Source: Ostreococcus lucimarinus
Lineage: Eukaryota
NCBI GenBank assembly: GCA_000092065.1
Contig: CP000582.1
Strand: one strand, 5' to 3'
Length of the DNA: 64,000 bases
The notes under the pieces are model-generated. The model was not told the DNA's origin, made no database searches, and saw only the letters and a list, made by a program, of their open reading frames with translations. Made by a program: the position numbers and the translations under genes. Within the stretch, counting starts at the first letter, position 1, and every line of letters starts with the position of its first letter. This document shows positions 1 through 8,809 of this stretch, piece after piece.

Positions 1-803
1 AAAACGCTGAGGACAATGTTGTGATGTATCTCCTTAGCCTTTCCTTCGCTCGTGAGCTGATTGAGCAAGCGCACCGCGCGCTCCCACTGCAAACTCTTTT
101 CGTACGCGTGCAACATGGCGCTATACGTGTGGTCGTTCGGCGCCGGTCCGTCGCGACGCATGTCCTCGAACAAAGCCTCGGCGAGCTTCCAATCCATCGC
201 CTCAGCGTACGCCTTCATGACCGCCGTGCACGTGAAAGTCGTGCGAGGCACGCGCGTGAAGGTTTCTATCGCCTCTTCGTAGTTCCCACATCGACACATC
301 GCCGTCATGTAATCCACGTACAGCTTGCTATCCGTCGCCCGCCCGCTCGACTCGATGGCTCGCAACATCGCCCTCGCGTTGTCTTCGCTCCCCAAAACCC
401 CGAAAGCGCTGATGAGCGCCGACGCGATCGCCAAGTCCGGTTCCACGCCATCGCGTTTCATCTCTGGAATCAACTTCACCACCGCGCGCGCCCCCGCGCG
501 CCCGCCGTTCGCCCCGGCTCTGACCAACGCGCTGTACGTGTGCGCGTTTCTCGCCGTCCCCGCGCGCTTCATCTCCCCCAGCATCCCCAGCGCCTCCTCC
601 CACCGTCCAGCGCCGTCCAGCGCTTGCACGCACGTCGTATACGTGTGCGTCGTCGGCGCCACCTCTCGCGCGTCCGCGCTCCGTCTTTTCATCCACTCCA
701 GCGTCGCCAACGCCTTATCCGCGTCTCGCGCGCGCGTCGCCAACGACATCATCGTCGTGCACACGTGCGCGTTCGGCCACACCTCAGAGTCATCCGCCGT
801 CAT
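1..803 (-). CDS. Pentatricopeptide repeat (PPR) protein, 3' partial (runs off the window start)
   Basis: Manual minus-strand translation (codon phase 0 mod 3 on + coordinates) gives PPR-type 35-aa repeats: VWPNAHVCTTMMSLATRARDADKALATLEWMKRR, HTYTTCVQALDGAGRWEEALGMLGEMKRAG, NAHTYSALV..., EPDLAIASALISAFG..., KLYVDYMTAMCRCGNYEEAIETF, TFTCTAVMKAYAEAMDWKLAEALFEDMRRDGPAPNDHTYSAMLHAYEKSLQWERAVRLLNQL. There is an in-frame stop at 870-872 and the first Met is at 803-801. It is absent from the ORF track because its stop lies outside the window. Confidence 0.5.
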   Translation of the reverse strand, partial: MTADDSEVWPNAHVCTTMMSLATRARDADKALATLEWMKRRSADAREVAPTTHTYTTCVQALDGAGRWEEALGMLGEMKRAGTARNAHTYSALVRAGANGGRAGARAVVKLIPEMKRDGVEPDLAIASALISAFGVLGSEDNARAMLRAIESSGRATDSKLYVDYMTAMCRCGNYEEAIETFTRVPRTTFTCTAVMKAYAEAMDWKLAEALFEDMRRDGPAPNDHTYSAMLHAYEKSLQWERAVRLLNQLTSEGKAKEIHHNIVLSV

Positions 804-1277
804 CGCGTCGAATATTCCGCTCGCCACGTCTCGCGCGCCTTTCGCGCCTCGCTCGCGTCCGACGCGCTTCAGCTCTTGTATCAACCACGTCGCCGCGCCG
901 CGCTCGAGCGCCGTCGACGCGCCTCGCGCCCCCTCCTCCTCGCGCGCGCGCCTCGCCGCGCGATCGCGCGTCCGCGCGCCGTCGACGAGTCGCTCGACCT
1001 CGTCGTCGACGTCTCGCGCGCCGTCGCGCGCGTCGCGCGCGTCGCGCGCGTCCGCGACCGCGCGCGTTCGCGACGACGTCACGCGACGGCGGCGCGTCGC
1101 GCGCGCGCCGCCGCGCGCGTCGCGCGCGCGCGCGGGCGACGACGACGCGCGCGACGTCCGCGCGGACGTCGACGCGCGCGCCGACGCGCGCGGCGCGGAC
1201 GCGACGCGCGCCGACATCCGCGCGACGGTTCGCGGCGAAGTGACGATTTCGACGCGTCGAGGTCGCCGCAGAGCGCG

Positions 1278-2684
1278 ATGCGGCCGACGCCGCCGCGCGC
1301 GCGCGCGCGCGCGCGCAAAGCCACGCGCTCGCGCGCGCTCGCGACGCGCGCGATCGCGACGATCGCGGCGACGATCGGCGCGCGCGCGGTCGATGTCGAT
1401 TCATATTTTTCGCGAAGCGAATCTTCCGCGTTCGTGCGCGCGACGTCGAACGGCACGTTCGCGGTCGGGTGCGAATCCCGAAACGTCGCCGGGATGAATT
1501 TTTACCCGCTCGTCGAGTTCGCGGGGGAATTCGCGCGCGCGAGCTTCGGGTTCGACCACGGAGACGGACGCGGACGCGCCGCGGCGAGGGACGTTTTCAA
1601 GCTCGCGCGCGAGAGCGGGATGACGACGATTCGCGCGTGGGCGTTTTCGGTGAACCCCGCGGTGCCGACGTGGGTGCGCGTGGGTGAGAGGCATCGCGAG
1701 GACGTGCTTCGAGGATTGGATTGGGCGCTCGCGGAGGCGGCGAAGCACGGATTGGATTTGCTCTTGGCGTTCGGCGACTACTGGCACACGACGGCGGAAA
1801 TCGTGCGAGAGTGCGCGCCGGAGGACGCGGAGACTGAGGACGCCGATCGCGCATTTTTCTCGCGTGAAAGCTGTAGGGAATTGTTTAAATGGCACGTGCG
1901 CACGATTTTGACGCGGAACAACACGTTCACGGGCGTGACGTATTCGACGACGCCGAACGTCTTCGGGTGGAATTTGATGAACGAGCCGCGGTGTCGAGGA
2001 TGCGACGACGCGCTTCAGGACTGGATCGACGACATGGCTGCGTACGTCAAGGCGTTCGATTCCAATCACATGCTGACCGTGGGTGAGGAAGGATTCTACG
2101 CGCACGACTCGAGTTCAGAGGGAGGCGCCGCCGCCAATCCCGCGGCGTGGGCCGCGACGACTGGGCAAGATTTCATTCGCAACCACGCGTCGAAGCACAT
2201 CGACTTCGCGACGATTCACGTGTGGCGAGACAATTGGGCGGTGTATTCGCCGAACGTGCGATTCAACGCGCAGAGATTCACTCGAAATTGGATCGCAACG
2301 CACGAGCGCGATTGTCGCACGAAGCTCCGGAAGCCGCTCTTAATCGAGGAATTCGGCGCGGCGCCCGGCGGGGTTCGCGCGCTGTCTCGCGTCAGCCGCG
2401 GCGTGAGCCGAAGGGCGTCGTTTCTAGAGGAGCGCGACGTCGAAGATTACTACCGCGCACTTCTATCACAGGTGTACCGAAGCATCGCGAGCGACGACGG
2501 GAAATTCGTTCGCGGCGCGTTATTTTGGGGGATGTTCCCGGAGGACCACCGCGGGGTAGTGGACGCGTACGATCCCTACGCCGTGTACCCGAGCGATGGC
2601 GCGTTCGCGCAGGCGACTCGTTTTGCGAAGAGCGTGCGCCGAGTCGTGCGTTCGATGTCGTGCGAGGAAGACGGGCGCGATTAA
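1278..2684 (+). CDS. Glycoside hydrolase family 5 mannan endo-1,4-beta-mannosidase
   Basis: The C-terminal part of ORF 21..2684 carries a GH5 mannanase signature (FGFDHGDGRG...RAWAF, WNLMNEPRC catalytic acid region, LLIEEFG nucleophile region). I place the start at ATG 1278, the first Met before the catalytic domain, with a signal-peptide-like ALATRAIATIAATIGARA. The upstream 21..1277 is Arg-rich low complexity antisense to the PPR gene. Confidence 0.55.
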   Translation: MRPTPPRARARARKATRSRALATRAIATIAATIGARAVDVDSYFSRSESSAFVRATSNGTFAVGCESRNVAGMNFYPLVEFAGEFARASFGFDHGDGRGRAAARDVFKLARESGMTTIRAWAFSVNPAVPTWVRVGERHREDVLRGLDWALAEAAKHGLDLLLAFGDYWHTTAEIVRECAPEDAETEDADRAFFSRESCRELFKWHVRTILTRNNTFTGVTYSTTPNVFGWNLMNEPRCRGCDDALQDWIDDMAAYVKAFDSNHMLTVGEEGFYAHDSSSEGGAAANPAAWAATTGQDFIRNHASKHIDFATIHVWRDNWAVYSPNVRFNAQRFTRNWIATHERDCRTKLRKPLLIEEFGAAPGGVRALSRVSRGVSRRASFLEERDVEDYYRALLSQVYRSIASDDGKFVRGALFWGMFPEDHRGVVDAYDPYAVYPSDGAFAQATRFAKSVRRVVRSMSCEEDGRD

Positions 2685-2727
2685 ATCATGGTAAGTTTGG
2701 TGATGTAATGAAAAGTACGATGGCGGT

Positions 2728-4119
2728 CTACGCCGTCTTGAGTTTCTCGGCTTCGATCGAAGAATCCGGGAGTTTGGCCATCAACGCCGCGCCGGCGGTG
2801 GCGGCGACCGTGGACGACGCCAACACGGCGAGTTTCGCGACGTTGGCCGCCGAGGGCTGACCCGCGAGCGCCATCTCAACGAGGAACAAGCACATCGTGA
2901 AACCGATACCGCCGAGCAAACCGACGATGATGAGGTGGGAGTTGTTCATTCCGCTCGGAAGCTTGCCGATTTTGGACTTGACGGCGAGCCAGGACAAACC
3001 GGCGATGCCGACGGGCTTACCCAAGAGCAAGCCGAGCATGATGCCTTGACCGACGGGTTCGGTGAACACCTTGCTCACCATGCTTGCGTCTAAAGGCACG
3101 CCCGTGTTCGCCAACGCGAAGAGAGGCATGATGACGAGCGCGGAGAGCGGGGCGAACTTGTGCACCAAGTGATCCAAGAGCGTCGGTTCGCCGCCTTCGT
3201 GTTCGGGCGTCGCGTCGCTCCCGGCGGGCGCCATCGCGTGCGCGGGCACCGCGAACGCGGCGATGACGCCCGCGACATCGGCGTTGATGCCGCCTTGCAA
3301 CAGACAGTACCACAGGGCCACGCCGAGGGCGGCGTAAACAGCCATGTTGGTGACTTCCTTTTTGCACGCGACGAAGAGCGCCGCCGTGGCCGCCGCCGCG
3401 CCCGCTATGTACGACATCGTCAACGATTTCGCGAAGCACACGGCGATCACGGCGATCGCGCCCAGGTCGTCCACGGTGGCGAGGGTGAGCAAAAACGCCG
3501 CCACGCCGCCCGGCATTTTATTTTTAAAAAAGTTGTACACTCCCATGGCGAACGCGATGTCCGTCGCCATCGGAATCGCCCAACCCGCCGTCACCGCCGC
3601 CGCCGTCGCGCCCGGATTATTACACGCCAAATACACCCCCATGGGCACCAGCATCCCGCCCAGCGCGCCGATGCACGGCAACGCCGCCTGTTGCAGGCTT
3701 CGCAGCGAGCCGTGCACGAACTCGCGCTTGATCTCCAGCCCGACGGCGAAGAAGAAAATCGCCATCAACCCCTCGTTGACCCAGTGATGCAGGCTCATGT
3801 GCAGCGCCAGCGCCGCCGGCCCGACTTTTGCGTGCCAGAACGACAGATACGCCCCAGACATCGCGCTGTTCGCCAGCGCCAGCGACACCGCGGTGGCTCC
3901 GAGGAGCGCGATCGAGCCGAAGCCCGCGTCGAGCGCCGCGTGCACGTCGACGCCCTTCATGAACGTCCCCTGCTCGCTCTCCGCCCCGTCCGTCGTCGCG
4001 CGTGCCGCGACGCGCGCCCCGACGCGCGCGGATTTTTCCACGCGTCGCGTCGCGACGCCCGCGACGCCCGCGAGCGACGCCCGCGCGCGCACCGACGGTT
4101 TCCGCGTCGCTCGCGCCAT
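2728..4119 (-). CDS. nhaA: Na+/H+ antiporter, NhaA family (bacterial type), with N-terminal transit-peptide-like extension
   Basis: NhaA hallmarks: HHWVNEGLMAIFFFAVGLEIKREF, PMATDIAFAMGV, FLLTLATVDDLGAIAVIAV, with roughly 11 TM segments. ORF 2728..4488 is trimmed to Met at 4119 (MARATRKPSVRARASLAGVAGVATRRV..., Ala/Arg/Ser-rich like an organellar presequence). An alternative start is at 3960 (MKGVDVH). Confidence 0.6.
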   Translation of the reverse strand: MARATRKPSVRARASLAGVAGVATRRVEKSARVGARVAARATTDGAESEQGTFMKGVDVHAALDAGFGSIALLGATAVSLALANSAMSGAYLSFWHAKVGPAALALHMSLHHWVNEGLMAIFFFAVGLEIKREFVHGSLRSLQQAALPCIGALGGMLVPMGVYLACNNPGATAAAVTAGWAIPMATDIAFAMGVYNFFKNKMPGGVAAFLLTLATVDDLGAIAVIAVCFAKSLTMSYIAGAAAATAALFVACKKEVTNMAVYAALGVALWYCLLQGGINADVAGVIAAFAVPAHAMAPAGSDATPEHEGGEPTLLDHLVHKFAPLSALVIMPLFALANTGVPLDASMVSKVFTEPVGQGIMLGLLLGKPVGIAGLSWLAVKSKIGKLPSGMNNSHLIIVGLLGGIGFTMCLFLVEMALAGQPSAANVAKLAVLASSTVAATAGAALMAKLPDSSIEAEKLKTA

Positions 4120-4278
4120 CGAAATTCGACATTCGCGCGGACTTTTCCGCGCGTCGCGCGCGATCGAAGCGCGCGTCGGTCGCGCGCTCGCGCGCGCCGC
4201 GAGCATCCCGTCGATTCGCGTCGGTCGTCGATCGCACCGCGCGGTTCTCGCGCGCGCGTCGCGGTGCGACGCCGACGA

Positions 4279-5466
4279 ATGGCGCGAGCGGGACAAACTG
4301 CAAAAAGCGTCCCGCGACACTCGACGGCGCGCATGCGCGCGTCCGCGCGTCCGCGCGCGATCGTCGCGCGCGCGTCCAGCGCGTCGTTCGAGGATAAGTT
4401 GGCGCGCGCGCGCGGGCTGTTCGGCGTGGACTCCATCGACGCGCACGCGTCGCCGAAATCCGCGGGGTTTCGCGAGCGCGCGAGTCACGGCGTCGAGAAG
4501 ACGCGCGACGGCGCGCTGCGGCTGGTGAGCGTGCGCGCCGCGACGGGTGCGCTGGTGACGTCGGACGCGACGTCGCGCGACGACGCGGCGGGCGTCGAGC
4601 GGGCGAGGGAAATCTTCCTGAGGGTCGCGAACGACGACGCGTGGACGACGACGCGAGCGCGCGTGACGGCGGCGAATTTTTTAACGAATCGAACGTCGGA
4701 TGAGATCGTGATCGCGTGCACGCTGTCGGCGGAGAGCGGCGATGGCGACGACGCGACGTGGATGGAGTTCGCGGAGGCGATGCGAGCGCTCGACGACGCC
4801 GTCGTCGGGTGCGTTCGAAAGCGTAAGAAGACGCCGAAGCTCGTCGTCGGGCGCGATTACGTGACGGAGACCACGCGCTTGGTCGACGGTCGTTCGGTGG
4901 TTTTTAAACACGTCGAGGGGAGCTTTTCAAATCCGAACGGTGGCGTCGCCGAACTCACGGCGAATCATCTCGTTCGGATTTGCGCGGATATCGCCGGCCC
5001 GAAGACGAAATTCATCGAGCTGTACGCCGGTTGCGGAAATCACACGTGTTGCATGGCGCCGCAGTTTCCCGGCGGCGCGTTCGCGGTGGAGATTGATCCG
5101 GTTTTGGTGGAAGCGGCGCGAGAAAACTTTGCGCGCAACGGCGTTCGAGCGGAAATCGTGTGCGAACGCGCCGAGGATTGGATCGCGTCTCGCGAAAGTC
5201 CCACGAACGACCGCGACGTCGTCCTGCTCGTCGATCCACCGCGCGGTGGGTTGGACGCGCGCACGCTCGACGTCGTCACGCGCGAATTCGACGACGTCAT
5301 TTACGTCGCGTGTGACTGCGAATCACTCAAGCGAGACATCGACGACGAGCGCGTGGGATTCGCGGCGAGAGGGTTCGAACTGACATCGCTCGCGTGTTTC
5401 GACCACGCGCCGACGTCGCCGCGATGGATCGAAACCGTGGGGGTTTTTAAGAGGCGAGAGGCGTAG
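4279..5466 (+). CDS. tRNA (uracil-5)-methyltransferase, TrmA/RumA (TRM2-like) family
   Basis: Class I SAM MTase m5U motifs: ELYAGCGNHTC, LLVDPPRGGLD, VIYVACDCESLKRD. I take the first ATG (4279) in this frame after the divergent NhaA start. The last ~55 nt of the CDS plus the 3' flank form copy 1 of the 160-bp tandem repeat. Confidence 0.55.
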   Translation: MARAGQTAKSVPRHSTARMRASARPRAIVARASSASFEDKLARARGLFGVDSIDAHASPKSAGFRERASHGVEKTRDGALRLVSVRAATGALVTSDATSRDDAAGVERAREIFLRVANDDAWTTTRARVTAANFLTNRTSDEIVIACTLSAESGDGDDATWMEFAEAMRALDDAVVGCVRKRKKTPKLVVGRDYVTETTRLVDGRSVVFKHVEGSFSNPNGGVAELTANHLVRICADIAGPKTKFIELYAGCGNHTCCMAPQFPGGAFAVEIDPVLVEAARENFARNGVRAEIVCERAEDWIASRESPTNDRDVVLLVDPPRGGLDARTLDVVTREFDDVIYVACDCESLKRDIDDERVGFAARGFELTSLACFDHAPTSPRWIETVGVFKRREA

Positions 5467-5891
5467 GAATAGACCGAGTAGCCGTAGCGAAAGACTTAAT
5501 AGCTATACACAATGCACAAATCACGTGATGACGTCGTCGTCGCGACTCGTGTCGGCGGCGTTTCGATTAAAGACGTCGCCGCGATGGATCGAAACCGTGG
5601 GGGTTTTTAAGAGGCGAGAGGCGTAGGAGTAGACCGAGTAGCCGTAGCGAAAGACTTAATAGCTATACACAATGCACAAATCACGTGATGACGTCGTCGT
5701 CGCGACTCGTGTCGGCGGCGTTTCGATTAAAGACGTCGCCGCGATGGATCGAAACCGTGGGGGTTTTTAAGAGGCGAGAGGCGTAGGAGTAGACCGAGTA
5801 GCCGTAGCGAAAGACTTAATAGCTATACACAATGCACAAATCACGTGATGACGTCGTCGTCGCGACTCGTGTCGGCGGCGTTTCGATTAAA
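5412..5891. repeat. Perfect tandem repeat, 3 x 160 bp
   Basis: Copies at 5412-5571, 5572-5731 and 5732-5891, marked by gcgatggatcgaaaccgtgg at 5421, 5581 and 5741. The only difference I see is ggaatag (copy 1) versus ggagtag (copies 2 and 3). Copy 1 holds the stop codon (5464-5466) and C-terminal codons of the tRNA methyltransferase gene. Confidence 0.9.
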
Positions 5892-6746
5892 TCCCACCGC
5901 ATCCATCACCCCCGCGTGCGCGTTCAACGCCTCGGCCATCTCGCGATTGCTCGGTTCGTCGACCCACTCTTTCACGACCTCGGATCCGTCGTCGTTCCAC
6001 AAATACCATCTCCCCGGCCACCTTCGCACGAGCGTTCCCTCCGCGCCGGCCGCGGATCTCGTTCGACGACACGCGTACACCTTCTCCCACGCGTCCGTCG
6101 TCAAACACGCTCTCGCCGCCTTCTTCAACCCAAACTCCCACGGCTGTCCCACCTCCTCGCCTCGCCCCGTCCAAAACGCGTTCACCGCGACGACGATTTT
6201 CGACTCCACCTCGCCGTGCTCTCCCGCCAACAGTTTCAAAAAGTACCCGAACGTCACGTCGCTCACGTGCGTCACCACCACCGCGAACGCTTCGTCGCTC
6301 GCGTCGTTCGCGCGCAGGCTCCACAGTCCCACGCCCTCGGCGTCGCGGTCGAGCCGCCCGTGATACTCGCTCGCGTACCCGTCGAACGCGTCCCGCTCGA
6401 GCAGCGCCCGCGTCGCGCGAAACCGCTGCGCCATCCCGCCCGACCAATCCGCGGCTTGTCCGTGCAGGCCGAGGTAGACGACGTCGTCCGTCCCGACGTC
6501 GATCGACGGCAGCGGGAGCTCGACGCGCGCGCGTCGAGGCGCGGCGTCGGCGTCGCGGAGCGCGCGAAACGTCGCGCGCGCGTCCCGCGCGGCGTCCGCG
6601 CACGTCCGAGGCGGTGGCGCGCGGGACGACGCGACGATCGCGCGACGCGCGGGCGCGCGGGCGTGCGCGACGATCGCGCGACGCGCGGGCGCGCGCGCGA
6701 CGCCGCGCGGGACGCGCGCGCGCGGCGACGACGCGCGGCGCGCCAT
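5841..6746 (-). CDS. Hypothetical conserved protein with Arg/Ala-rich presequence
   Basis: A 301-aa ORF whose C-terminal 200 aa are non-low-complexity (VVYLGLHGQAADWSGGMAQRF..., FGYFLKLLAGEHGEVESKIVVAVNAFWTGRGEEVGQPWEFG, RWYLWNDDGSEVVKEWVDEP). The N-terminus has an internal 9-aa duplication (ARAPARRAIVA x2). The C-terminal ~17 codons lie inside copy 3 of the 160-bp repeat. I do not recognise the family. Confidence 0.4.
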   Translation of the reverse strand: MARRASSPRARVPRGVARAPARRAIVAHARAPARRAIVASSRAPPPRTCADAARDARATFRALRDADAAPRRARVELPLPSIDVGTDDVVYLGLHGQAADWSGGMAQRFRATRALLERDAFDGYASEYHGRLDRDAEGVGLWSLRANDASDEAFAVVVTHVSDVTFGYFLKLLAGEHGEVESKIVVAVNAFWTGRGEEVGQPWEFGLKKAARACLTTDAWEKVYACRRTRSAAGAEGTLVRRWPGRWYLWNDDGSEVVKEWVDEPSNREMAEALNAHAGVMDAVGFNRNAADTSRDDDVIT

Positions 6747-6889
6747 GACGCGCGGCGAACGCGACGCGCGCGACGACGCGCGCGCGCATCAACCCGTAAC
6801 ACGAACGCGGTGGAGGTCGCGGGTGTCGTCGGGCGATTTATTCGTGTTGTGTCGTAGTGTAGACGATTTCGTCCTATCATCAATCACAA

Positions 6890-7033
6890 GGGGCATTGGT
6901 CTAGTGGTATGATACTCTCTTAGGGTGCGCGCGACGACGCGTCACACTCGAGACTCGAGCTCGGCTCGCGCCGAGCGCTCGATCGGCTTCACTGACGTGG
7001 GAGTGGTCCGCGGTTCGATTCCGCGATGCCCCC
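6890..7033 (+). tRNA. tRNA-Pro (anticodon AGG) with ~72-nt intron in the anticodon loop
   Basis: Manual fold: acceptor GGGGCAT/ATGCCCC plus discriminator C; D-arm GTCT-AGTGGTAT-GATA; anticodon stem CTCTC/GGGAG (one G-U); loop TTAGGG[intron]T with anticodon AGG; variable loop TGGTC; T-arm CGCGG-TTCGATT-CCGCG. The exons (6890-6925 and about 6998-7033) closely match eukaryotic tRNA-Pro(AGG). The intron sits at the canonical 37/38 position. Confidence 0.8.
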
Positions 7034-7098
7034 TCTTTCTCTTTTTTTTATATTAATGGTGTGATGCTACTGATGAACCCGCGTGAATGTCGCGGCGT

Positions 7099-8331
7099 TC
7101 ACATCGGAACGTAATGCGTGTCCTCCCTGTGCGCGCCGTTTTCGTAGTACTTCGTGTACCAGCGCACAAAGTTTTGCAAGCCCTCGTCCAGGCCGACGGT
7201 GGGATTGTATCCCAAGTCTCGCTTGGCCGCCGAAATGTCGGCGTGCGTGAACGGGACGTCGCCGGTTTTCGGCATCGGGACGTAGTTTCGCTTGGCGGTC
7301 TTACCGAGCGCCTTTTCGAGCGACGACACGAAGTCGCTCACCGTCACCGGTTTGGTGTTTCCTAGGTTGTATACCCGGAACGGCGGCTTGGAACCGTCGG
7401 AGTTTTTCCCGCTCTTCTCGCTCGTGTCACACGCCGCGATCGTCCCTCGAACGACGTCGTCGATGTAGGTGAAATCGCGAGCGAGCTCGCCCCCATCCGG
7501 GCCTTTGAAAATTTTGATCGGCTTGTCTTGCATGATGTTGTTCGCGAAGGAGAAGTACGCCATGTCCGGGCGCCCGTACGGCCCGTAAACCGTGAAAAAT
7601 CTCAACGCCGTCAACGCCACGCCGTGAATGTGGTTGTACGTGTGCGCGAGCAGTTCGTCCGCTTTCTTCGTCGCCGCGTACAAGGACGCCGGGGAATCCG
7701 TGACGTCGGTTTCGCTAAACGGCACCTTGGTATTCAACCCGTACACGCTCGACGACGAGGCGAAGATGACTTTTGGCATGCGTTTCATGTGAACGATCTC
7801 TTCCATCAGCGTCACGAACCCGGCGACGTTGGAGTGCACGTACGCCCCCGGATTTTTCACCGCGTATCTCACCCCCGCCTGCGCCGCCAGGTGCACCACC
7901 GTCGTCACCTCGCACGTCTCCAAAATCTTCCGCACCGTCACCGCATCGTTCAGATCCGCCTCCACCACGTGCACACCGATCTCGCTCAACTTCCCCATTC
8001 GACTCCGCTTCAATCCGCGCGGGTAATAATCGTTCACGTTATCCAGTCCCACGACGCCCGCGCCTCGTCGCTTCAGCGCCGTCGCCACGTTCGATCCCAC
8101 GAACCCCGCCGCGCCCGTCACCAGATACACCTCTCCCGACGCGCTCGCGCACGATTTCACGAGCGCTCGCGTCGTCATCTTCCTCGCCGTGATGCTGAAC
8201 GCGCTCAGCGGTCCCGCCTTGAGCACCTCCTCGCCGTACGACGTCCCGCGCGCGCTCGACCTCGCCCACAGCGACGCGCAGATCACGAATCCGATCAGCA
8301 CGCTGCACGAGTGTCGCCCCAGCCTGCGCAT
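7099..8331 (-). CDS. GAE: UDP-glucuronate 4-epimerase (plant GAE-type, type II membrane anchored)
   Basis: Near end-to-end similarity to plant GAE1 from my memory of that family: VTGAAGFVGSNVA Rossmann motif, HLAAQAGVRYA, SSSSVYGLNTKVPFSE, YAATKKA (YxxxK), FFTVYGPYGRPDMAYFSF. There is an N-terminal TM segment (VLIGFVICASLW). ORF 7099..9333 is trimmed to Met at 8331; the upstream 1 kb is Arg-rich filler. Confidence 0.8.
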   Translation of the reverse strand: MRRLGRHSCSVLIGFVICASLWARSSARGTSYGEEVLKAGPLSAFSITARKMTTRALVKSCASASGEVYLVTGAAGFVGSNVATALKRRGAGVVGLDNVNDYYPRGLKRSRMGKLSEIGVHVVEADLNDAVTVRKILETCEVTTVVHLAAQAGVRYAVKNPGAYVHSNVAGFVTLMEEIVHMKRMPKVIFASSSSVYGLNTKVPFSETDVTDSPASLYAATKKADELLAHTYNHIHGVALTALRFFTVYGPYGRPDMAYFSFANNIMQDKPIKIFKGPDGGELARDFTYIDDVVRGTIAACDTSEKSGKNSDGSKPPFRVYNLGNTKPVTVSDFVSSLEKALGKTAKRNYVPMPKTGDVPFTHADISAAKRDLGYNPTVGLDEGLQNFVRWYTKYYENGAHREDTHYVPM

Positions 8332-8809
8332 CGTCGACGCGAAGTTCCCACCGCTCTTCTCGCGCGGTCCCTCGCCGCGCGCGCGTCCGTACGCGAACCG
8401 CGCGCCGTCGCGCGAGCCCATCGCGCGCGCGCGATCGACACGCGTCGCGCGTCGCGTTTCCCGACGCGCGCACCGACGCGTCGCGCGTCGCGAGCGTCCG
8501 GCGTCGTCGCGCGCGCGCGCTCGTCGCGCCGCGCTCGAATCGCCCCGCGCGCGGCGACGTGCGGACGCCGCGCGACGCGAAGGCGTCCCGAGCGATCGCA
8601 TCGGAACGCGCGAATCGCGACACCGCGACGCGCCGATCGCGGCGATCGCGCGATCGACGACGCGAAAGCGCGGCGCGCGCATTCTTTGACGCGCGACGAC
8701 GCGCGACGACGCGCGCGGGCGATCGAGCGCGGCGCGCGAGGACGCGTTCGATCGCGAATCGGCGCGAAGGATTCGAGCGGCGAATCTCGATCGAGCGTCG
8801 ACGCGCGCG

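Noticed and set aside
21-1277. N-terminal 419 codons of the 887-aa plus ORF (Arg/Ala-rich)
   Set aside because: Low-complexity Arg-rich translation typical of GC-rich antisense. It is the antisense of a clear PPR gene, and the mannanase domain begins only after about 1480.
1000-1400. (GTCGCGCGC)n / CGCGCG-rich tract between the PPR and mannanase genes
   Set aside because: Genome-wide compositional feature, with similar tracts at 4000-4400, 8300-8800, 26400-26560 and 48300-48700. It is likely intergenic or promoter GC-skewed simple sequence, not a specific element I can name.
5412-5891. Possibility that the 160-bp repeats are a CRISPR array
   Set aside because: Units are contiguous with no spacers, 160 bp long, in a eukaryotic nuclear context with introns and eukaryotic tRNA and ribosomal protein genes. 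It is a simple tandem duplication.
5832-6857. 341-aa plus ORF starting inside repeat copy 3
   Set aside because: Arg/Pro-rich low complexity, antisense of the more protein-like 5841..6746 minus ORF. Its ATG comes from the small repeat-internal ORF.
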